64,000 bases of DNA. It comes from Octopus sinensis. Taxonomy: Eukaryota. This document shows, piece by piece, positions 61,740 to 64,000 of the stretch. Position numbers and translations under genes: made by a program. The notes below the pieces were generated by a model. That model did no database searches. It was not told where the DNA came from and saw only the letters and a list, made by a program, of their open reading frames with translations. How positions within the stretch are numbered: the stretch's first letter is position 1; each line of letters opens with the position of its first letter. The stretch spans positions 31,929,360 to 31,993,359 of the forward strand of contig NC_043019.1 of NCBI RefSeq assembly GCF_006345805.1, read 5' to 3'.

Positions 61740-62280
61740 ACATTAATCCTTGTTACCATATCTCAGTTGAAATGCACTGTGTTTGTTATAATTAATTTAA
61801 GAAATAATGAAGATGTAAATTGCAAGTTGGTGTTTAGAATCTGATTTAGCATGTAATTTTGAGGGAAGATTTTAGCTGAATTGACTGGATTTTAGCCCCT
61901 TTTGTTACGAGATTTCTGTTGAAAAATGCAGTCTTTGTTGCAATTTACTTTGAAAGTAAAGAAGAATTAACTTGAAGTATTGATGAGAAGTTTTAATTTA
62001 GGTAACTTTAACTCTTTTGTTACCATATTTCAACTGATATATGCTGCCATTCTTCAAATTAATTTTGAAGACAACAAAGAATTTATTGGAATGACTTTGT
62101 CATTATGAACTTGATGTTTGGAACGTTAATTAATCTGAAATTTTGGTGGTAAGTTTTTAGCTGAAAAATTTGGACTTTTAACCTTTTCTTACCAAATTTC
62201 TGTTGAAATACATACCTTTTGCTCTTTGATTTTGAAAATAACAAAAATAATGCATATTAAATTAAAACGATGTGAATAAA
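61740..62280. repeat. Degenerate AT-rich tandem of a MITE-like unit
   Basis: ttaa(c/t)...tgttacca(t/a)atttctgttgaaat recurs at about 61743, 61895, 62010 and 62178, and at 60130. Confidence 0.55.
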
Positions 62281-62321
62281 TAAGAATCGGATTTGACAGA
62301 GTAAGGACAGACCCCCTTCGG

Positions 62322-62690
62322 TCATGAATGACCATGGATTGCATCTAGAAGGTTCCCCTCCAAGGCACAAGTCTTGCAAGGTTGTTTATGGAAGACCAGC
62401 AGTCATCCATGCATACCAGCCTCCCCTCTCTAAACCACTAATGTAGTCCAAGGGAAGGGCAAAGGCAGCTTGGCACCAGTCGCCCATGCATACCAGCCTC
62501 TTCGCTCTACACCACCAATGTTGTCCAAGGGAAGGGCAAAGACCGATACACCTTGGCACCAGTGATGGTACAACTTATTTCAACAGCTGAGTGAACTGGA
62601 GCAACATGAAATAAAGTGTCTTGCTCAGTCCAGGAATTGAACTCCCTTCCTCATGATTGTGAGCCTGATACTCTAACCACTGAGCCATGG
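62322..62690 (-). mobile_element. SINE-D with an internal duplication
   Basis: cagtc(g/a)(c/t)ccatgcataccagcctc segment is present twice. Confidence 0.85.
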
Positions 62691-62959
62691 AGTAATCTGA
62701 ATGCTAATGGATTAATCTTCCACTGTGCTTCTGCCAAGATCTGATTCCGCTAGCAAATCGATCCAGCGATGATTATGAATGTGGTGAGGTGAGGGCCAAG
62801 GTGAGTGGGTGACACATATAAATCATCCCTTTGGTAAAGCTGACTTAATTCTGTATATACACCCAGCTGGGGGTAATTACTAAACAGGATTTAAGAGAGG
62901 TATATAATTATATCATGTATGTATGTATGTATAGAAATTATCTCCTCTACACAGATAAT

Positions 62960-63212
62960 TTAGTCATATCTATCGTATATCTGGCTGTCTGTCTATCTAC
63001 CCATCTATCTACCCATCTATGTATCTATCTATCTGTCTGTCTATTTGTCTATCCATATATCTACCTACCTACTTATCTACCTAATCTACCTATCTATCTA
63101 CCTATCTGTCTATCTGTCTATCTACCCATCTACCTATCTACCCATCTATCTACCCATCTATCTATCTATCTACCCATCTATCTATAATCTATGTATCTAT
63201 CTACCTACCTAC

Positions 63213-63263
<51 letters not shown>

Positions 63264-63313
63264 AATACATATATATATATGCATATACATATATGTGTGT
63301 GTGTGTGTGTATG

Positions 63314-63380
<67 letters not shown>
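62960..63380. repeat. (TATC/TACC)n and (TA)n microsatellites
   Basis: Direct inspection. Confidence 0.95.
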
Positions 63381-63381
<1 letters not shown>

Positions 63382-63735
63382 AGTTAAATATTTATTTGCT
63401 CCCAGACTTTGAATTGTTTATTCTAAGTGGCCAGACATAACTTCTTTTTCAACTTGTCACCCCCTGGAATGGGTATACTTATTTACATGTGTGTGTGTAT
63501 ACATGTATGCACATATATTTATATATATGTGTGTGTGTGTATATACATGTATGCATGTGTATGTGTATATTTATATAGATGTGTGTGTGTGTGTATACAT
63601 GTATGCATATGTGTGTGTGTATACATGTATGCATATTTGTGTGTGTGTGTGTGTGTGTTTATGTGTGTATATAATATACACCTCCAGTTGGAAAATGTAC
63701 TGAGAAGTATGCTTGGATTTGACAGTGATATCATG

Positions 63736-63770
<35 letters not shown>

Positions 63771-63799
63771 TCCATATTCTCTTTATAAATGATTTAATA

Positions 63800-63842
<43 letters not shown>

Positions 63843-64000
63843 ATATGCACACACAACCAGCAGGAGAGTTTCCTAAAAACTGTACATGGATTTAAAAAAC
63901 ATTTGAAGAAAAGACTATAAATTCTCTCCTGTATATACATGATTTAACGTGATGTATATACTCAGCTGGAGAATCCACTGAACGCTGTACATGGATTTAT

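Overview
Eukaryotic, AT-rich, very repeat-dense non-coding DNA. The repeat families look like those of a coleoid cephalopod (Octopus-like); this is my recognition, not a database result. I can support no host protein-coding exon, genuine tRNA/rRNA gene or CRISPR array. Nearly all ORFs in the supplied track come from microsatellites or antisense SINEs. The window holds at least five tRNA-headed SINE families (local labels A-E), several in head-to-tail arrays or nested in each other. It also holds decayed DNA transposons: a mariner transposase fragment, a Tc1/mariner foldback, and piggyBac-, pogo- and hAT-like MITEs. 3' ends of RTE and R4/Dong LINEs are present, along with large simple-repeat fields. 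The most interesting signal is a dispersed set of Penelope-type minimal type I hammerhead-ribozyme folds (about 1.8, 7.8, 22.2, 39.7, 42.8, 44.7 and 53.3 kb). These include a tRNA-head-plus-hammerhead element and a 4 x 90 bp hammerhead-like array downstream of a TATA/Inr-like promoter (16.8-17.5 kb). A second signal is that SINE-B arrays and antisense self-insertions repeatedly join through the same GGTA/TACC microhomology. Coordinates were counted by hand and repeat boundaries are approximate.
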